Assembly: GCA_020184695.1 (NCBI GenBank)
Contig: JAANOX010000150.1
Location: 1-64,000, forward strand
Length of the DNA: 64,000 nucleotides
DNA from: Histomonas meleagridis 2922-C6/04-290x
Lineage: Eukaryota; Protista; Parabasalia
Direction of reading: 5' to 3'
Position numbers and translations under genes: made by a program. This document shows positions 1-9,212 of this stretch, one piece after another. Under the pieces are notes generated by a model. That model did not search any database and was not told where the DNA came from. It saw nothing but the letters and a program-made list of their open reading frames with translations. Position 1 is the first letter of the stretch. Each line of letters begins with the position of its first letter.

Positions 1-350
1 GGCTTATATTCACAACACATTTTCCTATTCGGCGAACGTGGACTGGAAATAGAAAAACGATCATCAAAAAGCTCAATTTCAAGTCCAATTGGATATTCAT
101 CATAAAGTTTTGGTGGTGGTGTTAATACATCAAAACGTGGATCTGATAAGGTTGTATAATAGAAACCAAGTGTGGTATTATAACCATCAATGATCATTTT
201 AAGTTGTTTCGAATTGAAAATGTTCTTTCGAAATAAAATGACAGAAATATCAGTATCTCGCAAGTATGGAACAAGATCTAACGGGTTTAACTTTTTTTCT
301 TTTTTTGCTTTATTATGTTCTTCTTCTTGAGGATAAAAGAAACGAATCAT
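1..350 (-). CDS. Hypothetical protein, 3'-truncated by window edge
   Basis: Manual translation: ATG at 350 opens about 116 stop-free codons (MIRFFYPQEEEH...) running off position 1; no recognisable domain. Confidence 0.35.
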   Translation of the reverse strand, partial: MIRFFYPQEEEHNKAKKEKKLNPLDLVPYLRDTDISVILFRKNIFNSKQLKMIIDGYNTTLGFYYTTLSDPRFDVLTPPPKLYDEYPIGLEIELFDDRFSISSPRSPNRKMCCEYK

Positions 351-596
351 CAGAAATTCTATCGTTTGGGCACCTTTTATATCTGGTCACGTCACTTTTA
401 ATTTCTGTGTTTCATAGCAATAACTCCACATTTTAAACTCTGAGTTTTGACGGTGGTCTTTGTAACTTAGTTATTGATAAATCTTATAATTCATATTTTT
501 GTCAATCAGAAAATTATAAAATTAATTTTTATTAATTTTTAATGATAAAAATTTGAGTAAGTATTTAAGGCTATTTTAAACGACATTAAATTTTAT

Positions 597-998
597 TTAT
601 TCTTCCTTCTTCTTTGTTTGACCAAGAAGAACTTTATGAATATGTGGAACAACACCTGCTGATGCAATTGTAATATTAGAAAGAAGTTGATTTAATTCTT
701 CATCATTACGAATCGCAAGCATAATGTGACGTGGTGAAATTCTTGTTTTTTTATTATCTCTTGCTGCATTTCCTGCAAGTTCAAGAACTTCAACTGTAAG
801 ATATTCAAGAACTGCAGCCATGAAAACTGGTGCACCTGCACCAACACGGTCTCCATAACGACCTTCACGAAGGAAACGATGTAAACGACCTACTGGAAAT
901 TGAAGTCCTGCACGACTTGATCTTGTCTTTGGATGAGCGCGTTCACCATCAACTGCTGTCTTTGTAGCTGTTTTCTTAACACCTTTCTTAGCTGGCAT
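597..998 (-). CDS. H2A: Histone H2A
   Basis: [50 protein letters not shown] motifs. Confidence 0.98.
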   Translation of the reverse strand: MPAKKGVKKTATKTAVDGERAHPKTRSSRAGLQFPVGRLHRFLREGRYGDRVGAGAPVFMAAVLEYLTVEVLELAGNAARDNKKTRISPRHIMLAIRNDEELNQLLSNITIASAGVVPHIHKVLLGQTKKKEE

Positions 999-1150
999 AA
1001 AAAATTATGTTTTCTTTTTTCTCCCGCCAAATGTGTTATTTAATGGCGCCATTTTATTTTTAAACTATATTTAAATATTGTTGGTGTAAAATGACATCAT
1101 TGAAAAATAATTTGGAAAAGCGCGGGTTTAAAATTTCATCATTAATTTAC
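999..1150. promoter_or_regulatory. Bidirectional H2A/H2B promoter with GGCG/E2F-like elements
   Basis: 152 bp between divergent ATGs; TCCCGCCAAA at about 1022-1031, 12-bp palindrome AATGGCGCCATT at 1042-1053, GCGCGGG at 1120-1126. Confidence 0.65.
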
Positions 1151-1537
1151 ATGTCAACTAAAAAACCAGCATCAAAAACTCCAACTGAAAAGAAGCCAGC
1201 TGTTGAAGGAGAAGCTCCAGCAGAAACAGAAAAAGAAAAGAAGCAACGTCATAAGAAGAGGAATGAATCTTTTTCATCTTATATCTTTAAAGTCTTGAAA
1301 CAAGTTCACCCAGATATTGGAATTTCTAACAAGGCTATGTTAGTTATGAATAACTTTGTTACAGATATTTTTGAACGTATTGCAAGAGAAGGTGCTCGAC
1401 TTGTTGATATGAATGATCGTAACACTCTCGGATCTCGTGAAATTCAAACAGCTGTTCGTCTTGTTCTTCCAGGTGATCTTGCTAAACATGCTGTTTCTGA
1501 AGGTGGTAAAGCAGTTGCTAAGTTCAATGCAGAATAA
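1151..1537 (+). CDS. H2B: Histone H2B
   Basis: [25 protein letters not shown]...[23 protein letters not shown]; start moved to the ATG at 1151 (MSTKKP). Confidence 0.97.
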   Translation: MSTKKPASKTPTEKKPAVEGEAPAETEKEKKQRHKKRNESFSSYIFKVLKQVHPDIGISNKAMLVMNNFVTDIFERIAREGARLVDMNDRNTLGSREIQTAVRLVLPGDLAKHAVSEGGKAVAKFNAE

Positions 1538-2128
1538 ATAAATACATTTTCGCTTTAATTATCTTATCAAAATGATTAAGCAAAACCCAAAGCTAAGAAT
1601 AACTTATTATGGATATTTAATACTTCTTGATCAGATATATTGGTATTATTTTAGAAAATTGCAATGCTTCAAGGAATTTTTTTTTGAACCCTTACATTTC
1701 ACAGTAAACTTTGCTGGCATGTTTTAAAGAGGAATTAGTAAAAATAATATTTTGTTATGGAGAAAGTATTCAGTGTTGGTATTGAATCATACAAGGAAAT
1801 ACTAAGTTGTAAAGGCTTAATAAATTTTGCACTCTCAGTGAGTAGAAAAGAATAAAATTTAAAATTTTAAATAAGAAAGACAATATTATTTCGTCTTAAT
1901 TTTCCTTAGTAAAAGTGATTAACGTTATGTTCATTCTTCCTTGTTACCATTTCCCTCTATAATATAGAGTACTTTATACTAATACCAAATGATTACATGT
2001 GAAAAAACGGTATTTTATTTTGAATGGCTTTCTAAAATTGAACTAACAGGTTTGAAGTACAGAATTTGATTCAATTTTTGTAAGCACAGGATTTTCTTGC
2101 AAAGGCTGGATAGCATTATATTTTTCTC

Positions 2129-4564
2129 ATGTTGTTTTTCTCTCTATGTTTATTATCTTATTCAACTTTTGATCCTCAATTATCTGTTGAAATGAATACG
2201 AATAAAGATTTATGGAGTGTCCTTAGTACTATTAAAACAGATGGAGATGCATTAATTACAGTTAAAGAAGGAGTCTATAAATCATCACAATGGACTAACA
2301 TAGGTGATTGGGTATGTAATGTAAAAGGTACCCTTAAAATTAAAGGAGAAGGAAAAGTTATCATTGATGGAGGTTTTATGGTTAATACAACAAAATGGGA
2401 AAGAGATGAACAAAATCCGAATATATTTAAAACTCAAGTTCCTACAACTATCCAAGATACTGGAGAAAACAAAGTTGATTCATGGCGTTTTGAAGCACTT
2501 TGGGTAAATGATCATGATACACATAGAGCAAGAATTCCAAGTTGTTGGACACTCCCTACAATTAAATCAGTTTCAACATCAGGAAGTGGTGACTTTATTA
2601 CATATACAGTTGAAGTTCCAACTGAAACAATGCGATTTCTTCAAGGGATGACAAGTGAAGAATTAAATGATGTTAATATCGTAATTTTTCATTATTGGTC
2701 AACAACAAGAGGTTATATCACTTCTATAAATGAAAATAGTATTACATTTACAGCACATAGTGTTGGAAATAATAATCAAGGAATTGAAGCAGGAAAATCA
2801 TATTTTTATTTAGAAAACTTTAAAGGTGCTTTAACAACACCAGGAGAATGGTTTCTTTCAAAAGATGGAACATTATATTATTATCCATTAAAAGGAGAAA
2901 CGCTTTCTAATATTGAAGCTTATGCATCACATACAAAAAGATTATGGTATATTCAATATAATAATGTTATTGTTGAAAATATTGAATTTCGTCATACAGG
3001 AGGTAATATGCCAACAACAGGAATAACGAGAGAAGATAATTTACCAAGTGATGCAACACTTAATATGAAAATGATTGATGTTTATCAATCAACGAATATT
3101 CAATTTATTAATTGTAGTTTTAGACATGCATTTTGTCGGGCTATTTCTATGTATGAATGTACAAATTGTGTTATTGAACAAAGTCTTGTTGAAGATTTTG
3201 GAGGTGACGGAATTTCTTTTGGAAGTTCAAGTGGTTCAATTATTGAAAATAATATTGTTCGACATGGAGGAAGATTTATTCATCATGAGAATGGAATTTA
3301 TGTTGGTGAAGATGAAGATGCTAAAATTCGATATAATGAAATAACAGACATGTTTTGGGATGGAATTAATTGTTGGCAAAATGACAAAACAGGTGTTAAT
3401 TTAATTATTGAAAAGAATCATGTTCATCATATTGGTTATAATTTACTTGATGATATTGGGTGTATTTATGTTACCAACGCGAATTCAGGTACTTATATTC
3501 AAAACAATCATGTTCACAATGCAGGATGTCATAATTATGGAGCATGGGGACTTTATATTGATCTTAATTGCAATAATGTTGTTGTTCAAAATAATCTTAT
3601 ATATGATTTTTATGATGGATGTATTCATTTTCATTATGGATATAATAATATTGCGAAAAACAATATTTTAGGATTTAGCAAAATTGGACTTATTTCTAAA
3701 GGTCAAAATAATATTGGAACAATGGTAACAGTTTCAAATAATATATTTATTACAGATAAAGGAAACTTTTATTGTGATTACTGGGATAGTAATTCATTTG
3801 ACGCGTATAGTAATTTGTATTGGGACTTTGGAATTGGAATACAATGGTTTAGAAATAATGATGGAAAAGATAACACTGGTAATTATGCTGATCCGAAGTT
3901 TAAAGATGCCAAAAACCGGGATTTTTCTTTCGTTGATCAATCAATTGCAAATAGTATTGGATTCGAAATATTTGATTATTCAGATTGTGGTGTCTATGGT
4001 ACAGAATGGAGAAAGTTTGCAGAAAGTTATGATATTCCTGAATTCCCTGAACCATCAACAGATGATGAAGCACTTTTGGCTGCAGAGAAAATGTATCCAG
4101 AGCATGATGAAGAAATATATGAAACAACTATATCATCAGAACTTTCTATACATGAAACAACTCTATTATCAGAACCTTCGACATATGAAACAACTATAAC
4201 AATGGAACCTTCTATACATGAAACAACTATATCATCAGAACTTCCTATACATGAAACAACCATATCATCAGAACCTTCGATATATGAAACATCTGAAACA
4301 ATAGAATTTGTATCAGATTTATCTACGTTAGTAGAATCTATGGATACTGAAACAGAAAAAACAGATGAAACAACATTTACTGATCAAGACAGTGAAACCA
4401 TAACTTTCCTAGATAGCGAAAGTGAAAGTTGGTTTACTGAAACAAGGATAATTATTATAGCGGTAGTTGCTGTTGTAGTTGTACTCATAATTGTTATAAG
4501 CATTGTAGCTTATGCATGTCACAAAAAGCATTCAAAAGAATCAGATCTGAATATAGAAGTTTAA
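2129..4564 (+). CDS. Type I membrane right-handed beta-helix (pectin-lyase fold, GH141-like) protein
   Basis: N-terminal signal peptide; PGEWFL and YGAWGLYID segments with parallel beta-helix repeats (I.NN.I/V); Ser/Thr/Glu stalk; C-terminal TM (IIIIAVVAVVVVLIIVISIVAYAC). Confidence 0.7.
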   Translation: MLFFSLCLLSYSTFDPQLSVEMNTNKDLWSVLSTIKTDGDALITVKEGVYKSSQWTNIGDWVCNVKGTLKIKGEGKVIIDGGFMVNTTKWERDEQNPNIFKTQVPTTIQDTGENKVDSWRFEALWVNDHDTHRARIPSCWTLPTIKSVSTSGSGDFITYTVEVPTETMRFLQGMTSEELNDVNIVIFHYWSTTRGYITSINENSITFTAHSVGNNNQGIEAGKSYFYLENFKGALTTPGEWFLSKDGTLYYYPLKGETLSNIEAYASHTKRLWYIQYNNVIVENIEFRHTGGNMPTTGITREDNLPSDATLNMKMIDVYQSTNIQFINCSFRHAFCRAISMYECTNCVIEQSLVEDFGGDGISFGSSSGSIIENNIVRHGGRFIHHENGIYVGEDEDAKIRYNEITDMFWDGINCWQNDKTGVNLIIEKNHVHHIGYNLLDDIGCIYVTNANSGTYIQNNHVHNAGCHNYGAWGLYIDLNCNNVVVQNNLIYDFYDGCIHFHYGYNNIAKNNILGFSKIGLISKGQNNIGTMVTVSNNIFITDKGNFYCDYWDSNSFDAYSNLYWDFGIGIQWFRNNDGKDNTGNYADPKFKDAKNRDFSFVDQSIANSIGFEIFDYSDCGVYGTEWRKFAESYDIPEFPEPSTDDEALLAAEKMYPEHDEEIYETTISSELSIHETTLLSEPSTYETTITMEPSIHETTISSELPIHETTISSEPSIYETSETIEFVSDLSTLVESMDTETEKTDETTFTDQDSETITFLDSESESWFTETRIIIIAVVAVVVVLIIVISIVAYACHKKHSKESDLNIEV
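4118..4291 (+). repeat. 33-bp coding tandem repeat (about 5 copies; [Y/H]ETTISSEPSI stalk)
   Basis: Repeated atgaaacaactatatcatcagaaccttctatac unit. Confidence 0.85.
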
Positions 4565-4830
4565 ATATTGTGGGTTTCATTATTTAGGCAAATAATTTCA
4601 TGAAATCTGTTAAAGTTGACAATATATTTAAACAATTTTTCCTTTATAAATTTAACATATTTTTAAATAAAGTCATTTCTAGATATTCCACTCCAGATTA
4701 TCTTAGGATTAATGGATATTAAATTTCAGTGTATTTTCTTTGCGGGAAATTATGTAAAGTATTGATTTATCATGTCCGCCACAAATTCACTTATCAAAAA
4801 ATTCAATGAGTTCTTTTAAAAGCACTTTTG

Positions 4831-4851
4831 CCGGTTTTGGCTGTTCCTTTG
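4831..4851 (+). promoter_or_regulatory. M3-like (CCGGTTT) plus M5 (CCTTT) core promoter of RPS16
   Basis: ccggttttggctgttCCTTTgATG; CCTTT just upstream of the ATG resembles the trichomonad M5 element of ribosomal protein genes. Confidence 0.5.
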
Positions 4852-5274
4852 ATGAAGAGTGTTCAAGTCTTTGGACGCAAGAAAACAGCAACAGCAATTG
4901 CTTATTGCAAGGAAGGCAGCGGCCTTATAAAATTAAATGGTGTTCCCCTTGGCCTTGTTGGAACTGAAACACTTAAAGCAAAACTTATGGAACCACTTCT
5001 CCTTATCGGCGAAGACAAATACAAGAACCTTGATATCCGTCTCCGTTGCCATGGTGGTGGTAGTGTTGCCCAAATTTATGCAATTAGACAAGCAATTGCC
5101 AAAGCTGTTGTTGCATATTATCAAAAGTATGTTGACGAACAAGCCAAAGACGAAATCAAGAAAGTACTCTTGGATTATGATCGAACATTACTCGTTGCAG
5201 ATCCACGTCGTATGGAACCCAAGAAATTTGGTGGTCAAGGTGCTCGTGTTCGCCGCCAAATGTCATATCGTTAA
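4852..5274 (+). CDS. RPS16: 40S ribosomal protein S16 (uS9)
   Basis: [48 protein letters not shown]; true ATG at 4852 (track start 4828 is TTG). Confidence 0.97.
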   Translation: MKSVQVFGRKKTATAIAYCKEGSGLIKLNGVPLGLVGTETLKAKLMEPLLLIGEDKYKNLDIRLRCHGGGSVAQIYAIRQAIAKAVVAYYQKYVDEQAKDEIKKVLLDYDRTLLVADPRRMEPKKFGGQGARVRRQMSYR

Positions 5275-5677
5275 AGTACATATCACATCTATTTTTGTTT
5301 TGTTTCTAATTTTTTGAAATATCTCCTATTGGTTTCATTATTAAATATTTAATCTAAATTAATCATACAAACCTCTACTTCAGAGAGAAAAAAATAATAT
5401 TTAACAGGATGATTTAGTTTATAAATTGATCTATGAAGTAATTTCTTATTTAGAAATCCGCTCAAATTTAAACCCACCGATTGCCTGCTTTGAACGTAGA
5501 CCATTCAAAAATAGTCACTTTTTTCTTTTTTGACATTGTAAGTGAAGTGAAGTGACATCGGAAAAATTGAGAACGAACAGCCGTCAGCAACGATCGTACA
5601 GTCAAAACTTTTCTTAACCACAATTCAAAAAGTTGTTTTTTGAATTAAGGAGATTGTAAGATCGATTAAAAGGAAGG

Positions 5678-6880
5678 ATGGGTTGTGGAGTAGCAAAGCC
5701 TTTAGCAAATGAAGATAAGGTTCAGCTTCCATCATCTAAAGACATGCCAAAAGTTAATAAAAATAAGAAGGAAGAACCAAAAGTTAAGAAAGACAAATCT
5801 TCATCAGACGAAGAATCATCACACAACAAATCAAAGGACAAAGAAGATAACAAATCTTCTTCTTCGTCTTCATCATCTTCAAAAGATAAAGCATCAAATA
5901 GCGAAAATGAAAAAGAAAAATCTATAGAAAATAAGGAAGACAATAAAGTTAAGACTTCATCAACATCTTCAGATGAAGAAAAATCAGAATCTCAAAAAGA
6001 GTCAGAAAGCCAGAAAAGTGATTCTACAAAAAGTGAAGAAAAATCATCAAGCAAAGAAGAAAGCACAGAAACCCAAAGTAGCAAGTCATCATCTGCCAAA
6101 TCCAGTGACAATAAATCCGAAAATAAAGAATCAGAAAGTGAAAAGAGCAAATCCGCAAGTGAAAAATCGTCGGATAAAGAAGACTCAGCATCAGATAAAG
6201 AAGATTCAGCTTCAGAAAAATCCACAGCTTCATCCTCAAGTGACAGTGATAAAAAGTCTGAATCTGATACAGAAAGTGACAAGCCAACATCTTCATCTTC
6301 CTCCTCCTCATCTGACGAAGAAGCACGCAAAGCCGAAGAGATCAGACTCGCTGAAGAGAAGCGAAGAGCTGAAGAAGAAAGATTAGCCGAAGAAGCTCGC
6401 AAGGCCGAAGAGGCCAGAATCGCAGAGGAAAAGCGCAAAGCCGAAGAGGCGCGCAAGGCAGAAGAAGCTCGTCTTGCAGAGGAGGCACGCAAAGCAGAAG
6501 AAGCGCGAATAGCAGAAGAAAAGCGTAAGGCCGAAGAGGCGCGCAGAGCTGAAGAGGCACGACTTGCAGAAGAGGCACGCAAAGCCGAAGAAGCACGTAA
6601 GGCAGAGGAAGCACGACTTGCAGAGGAAGCACGCAAAGCTGAAGAGGCACGACTTGCAGAGGAAGCACGCAAAGCTGAAGAAGCACGCAAGGCTGAAGAA
6701 GAAAGATTGGCCGAAGAGAAGCGCAAGGAAGAAGAGGCCAAAGCTGAGGAGGCAAAGACAGACAGCGAATCGAGCAGCGACGACGAGAGCTTGTCCACAC
6801 CAACACTTACACCATCACCATCAACTTCCTCAACTTCATCATCTGCATCTTCCTCGTCAAGCAGTGAGTCAGAGGACTAA
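5678..6880 (+). CDS. Low-complexity protein: MGC acylation motif, Ser-rich region, EEARKAEEARL charged helix
   Basis: N-terminal MGCG; long E/R/K/A repeat from about 6320 to 6750. Confidence 0.75.
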   Translation: MGCGVAKPLANEDKVQLPSSKDMPKVNKNKKEEPKVKKDKSSSDEESSHNKSKDKEDNKSSSSSSSSSKDKASNSENEKEKSIENKEDNKVKTSSTSSDEEKSESQKESESQKSDSTKSEEKSSSKEESTETQSSKSSSAKSSDNKSENKESESEKSKSASEKSSDKEDSASDKEDSASEKSTASSSSDSDKKSESDTESDKPTSSSSSSSSDEEARKAEEIRLAEEKRRAEEERLAEEARKAEEARIAEEKRKAEEARKAEEARLAEEARKAEEARIAEEKRKAEEARRAEEARLAEEARKAEEARKAEEARLAEEARKAEEARLAEEARKAEEARKAEEERLAEEKRKEEEAKAEEAKTDSESSSDDESLSTPTLTPSPSTSSTSSSASSSSSSESED

Positions 6881-8298
6881 ATATTCCAGTAAAAACCCAT
6901 TGAATTAATCTGTGCTTTCAAAGTGAAATACGAAAATTTGATAGTCATAATTCGCACCACAACATGCAAAAATGGTTTGTGGCTAATGTAGTCTCGATAC
7001 GTTAGAAAAGATTTAATGCATGCGAACCTCTAGCGACTTGATATTTCTTCATTATTGTGAAATTTCCAATTACTAAATTGCTCTTCCTTCCTTAAAGCAA
7101 ACTTTGTTTTAATTAAAATTTACGAATAAACTCTAATTTATTTAATAAAAAAAGGAAAAAAAACAGAGGTATGGCAAAAAAACTTTCAGAACTTTTGCTA
7201 CCAATGCTTACTTTCAAAGGATGGAATTCATAAACTGTTATCTAGGGTTGAATTCGTGAAGATGGGCTCGAAGAGTTTTTCGTTTCATTTTGTTGTTTTC
7301 GATATCAAATAATTTCAAAAAAAATTAACACAAAATCTTTTATAATTCACACACACAATTCATATGATTTTCATGATACTTATTACTAAAATATGAAAAT
7401 ATGCAGAAGAATTTTTCGTTTTTTTTTCTTGACGAAATTAACCGCAATGGATTTTTTGATAGAAATATTAAAAAGTGCTACAAAAATATTCTTTATGTTT
7501 TTGAATTTGTTAATCATTGTTAATTTTCAATTTTCATGTCAACATTGTAATTGTAATTATAATGGTCGACCATTGACTCAATGTAATAAATTAAGTTCAA
7601 TTAAATTATACCAAAACAAAAAAAAATATTATAAACAGATCAAATATTTTCATTTCACTAATTTTCCTTTAAATATTGTTTTGAGTAGAAACGAAATTAT
7701 GAACAATATGAAACATTAAGATGGGAATTTAGAGATCACTTATTGATGTGAACGAAATCATTCATCATTTGAAGAGCATATGTTGCTCAAAAAAATATCA
7801 TTTTAAAGTTATTAAAGAGATGTTTAAGAGTTTTTCTTTTATAATGAAATTATCATAAAAATTTTATCTGTCCAAGTTACATGGAAAACTGACACTTAAA
7901 ACAAAAAATTCAAATTTTTCAGCATCTGATCCGTATAATGTTGTATAAATATAGACGCCATTATATAAGATGCATGCTAATCTTAAATATGATACATGAT
8001 AAAAATTAATCAATGTTTTTGATAGGTGTGTTCGTCAGCGCAGACCGTTATGATTTGTAACCGTCTTTGTCATGTTGTAAAAATGCGATAAAAAATTCAA
8101 AGAATTAATCGGACGGTTATGTAAATTGGGTTCAATCAAAGTCATTCAAATTGCGACGATACCATATTAACACGAGCGTTTCTTTGACACATAAGTTTCA
8201 AAAGCATTTGAAATATTCTGAGGATAAAACCATTGAAATCAAAGAAAAAGAGACGATAAAACGGTTTTGAAGACGGTGGGAAAATATTGGAGGAATGT

Positions 8299-9012
8299 TT
8301 ACTGTCCTTGTTCATCACCCCACAATGCGACGTTATCCTTGAGGAGTTGAAGGATAAGTGTAGCTTCGGAATATTCATCTTCGTCAAGTTCATCAAGAAG
8401 ATCAACTGCTTCTTTAAAGGCAGCATCTGCAAGATCTATAGCTTCTTGCTTCTTACCAATGATTTCATAAAGGAAAACTGAATAGTTAAGAGCAAGGCCA
8501 AGATATGCTGGGTTAGCTTTGTTCAATTGTTCTTTTGCAATCGCGAGTGCCTTTTCATAAGCTTCATTAGCCTTCTTTGAGCCTTCAGCGCGGTCAGCTT
8601 CATCTTTAAATTCGACTGAGTAACGGTAATAGTCGGCCTTTAATTTCTCATAAAAGACCTTTGTGACTGCATCTTGGTTATCCTTAATGAGCTTAGAATC
8701 AGTAAGGTCGATTAATTCCTTGCAATATTGGTCAAGTTCTTTTGTAAGTGATTCTTTAAGTGCTGTAAGCTTTTCTACTCTTTCTGGGACATTCTTAACA
8801 CTGTCATCTTCAAGGAAGGCATTAACTGTACGGAGGGTACTACGGCATGAACCAGTGAGTGCCTTATAAGCAACTGAGAGGAGATTTCTTTCATCTGGAT
8901 TTAATTCGCATCCCATGTCAATGATCTCGTTAATGTACTTGATAACATCTTGATAGCGCTCCGCTTGGTCAGCGACACGTGCCATGAAGAATTTCAACTC
9001 GCGATTCGACAT
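8299..9012 (-). CDS. 14-3-3 protein
   Basis: ERNLLSVAYK, KLKADYYRY, YLGLALNYSVFLYEI, ATLILQLLKDNVALW. Confidence 0.96.
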   Translation of the reverse strand: MSNRELKFFMARVADQAERYQDVIKYINEIIDMGCELNPDERNLLSVAYKALTGSCRSTLRTVNAFLEDDSVKNVPERVEKLTALKESLTKELDQYCKELIDLTDSKLIKDNQDAVTKVFYEKLKADYYRYSVEFKDEADRAEGSKKANEAYEKALAIAKEQLNKANPAYLGLALNYSVFLYEIIGKKQEAIDLADAAFKEAVDLLDELDEDEYSEATLILQLLKDNVALWGDEQGQ

Positions 9013-9212
9013 TGGAAAAAATGTAACTGATATTCACATTCAATTTTGATAATATGTGTTGCGGTTATTATAGCATCCCCGGCCATGTCAAATTTGAGTG
9101 TAACCGCTTGGTCTGCGGCCCGAAAAGTGCCACTTTACTTCGTTTTTTTTCTTTTTTTTTTTTTTTTTTAAGACAAAATTTTTAAATTTTTTTTCATTTT
9201 TATTTATAATCA

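Noticed and set aside
1091-1150. N-terminal ORF extensions in the track (also 4828, 27867, 38648, 41177, 41839, 45150, 57080, 22136)
   Set aside because: Mostly non-ATG starts or promoter sequence; downstream ATGs match the family N-termini and sit after Inr/M3-like motifs.
5992-6806. Antisense ORFs (268 aa, 154 aa) and alternative-frame ORFs over 5678-6880
   Set aside because: Shadow ORFs of low-complexity coding repeats.
7393-7719. 108-aa ORF in a long AT-rich intergenic region
   Set aside because: F/I/N/K-biased composition typical of chance ORFs; no motif.
9141-9170. Long T-run between the kinase and 14-3-3 as a retroelement poly(A) tail
   Set aside because: No element body or target-site duplication; lies in the T-rich 3' region of the kinase gene.
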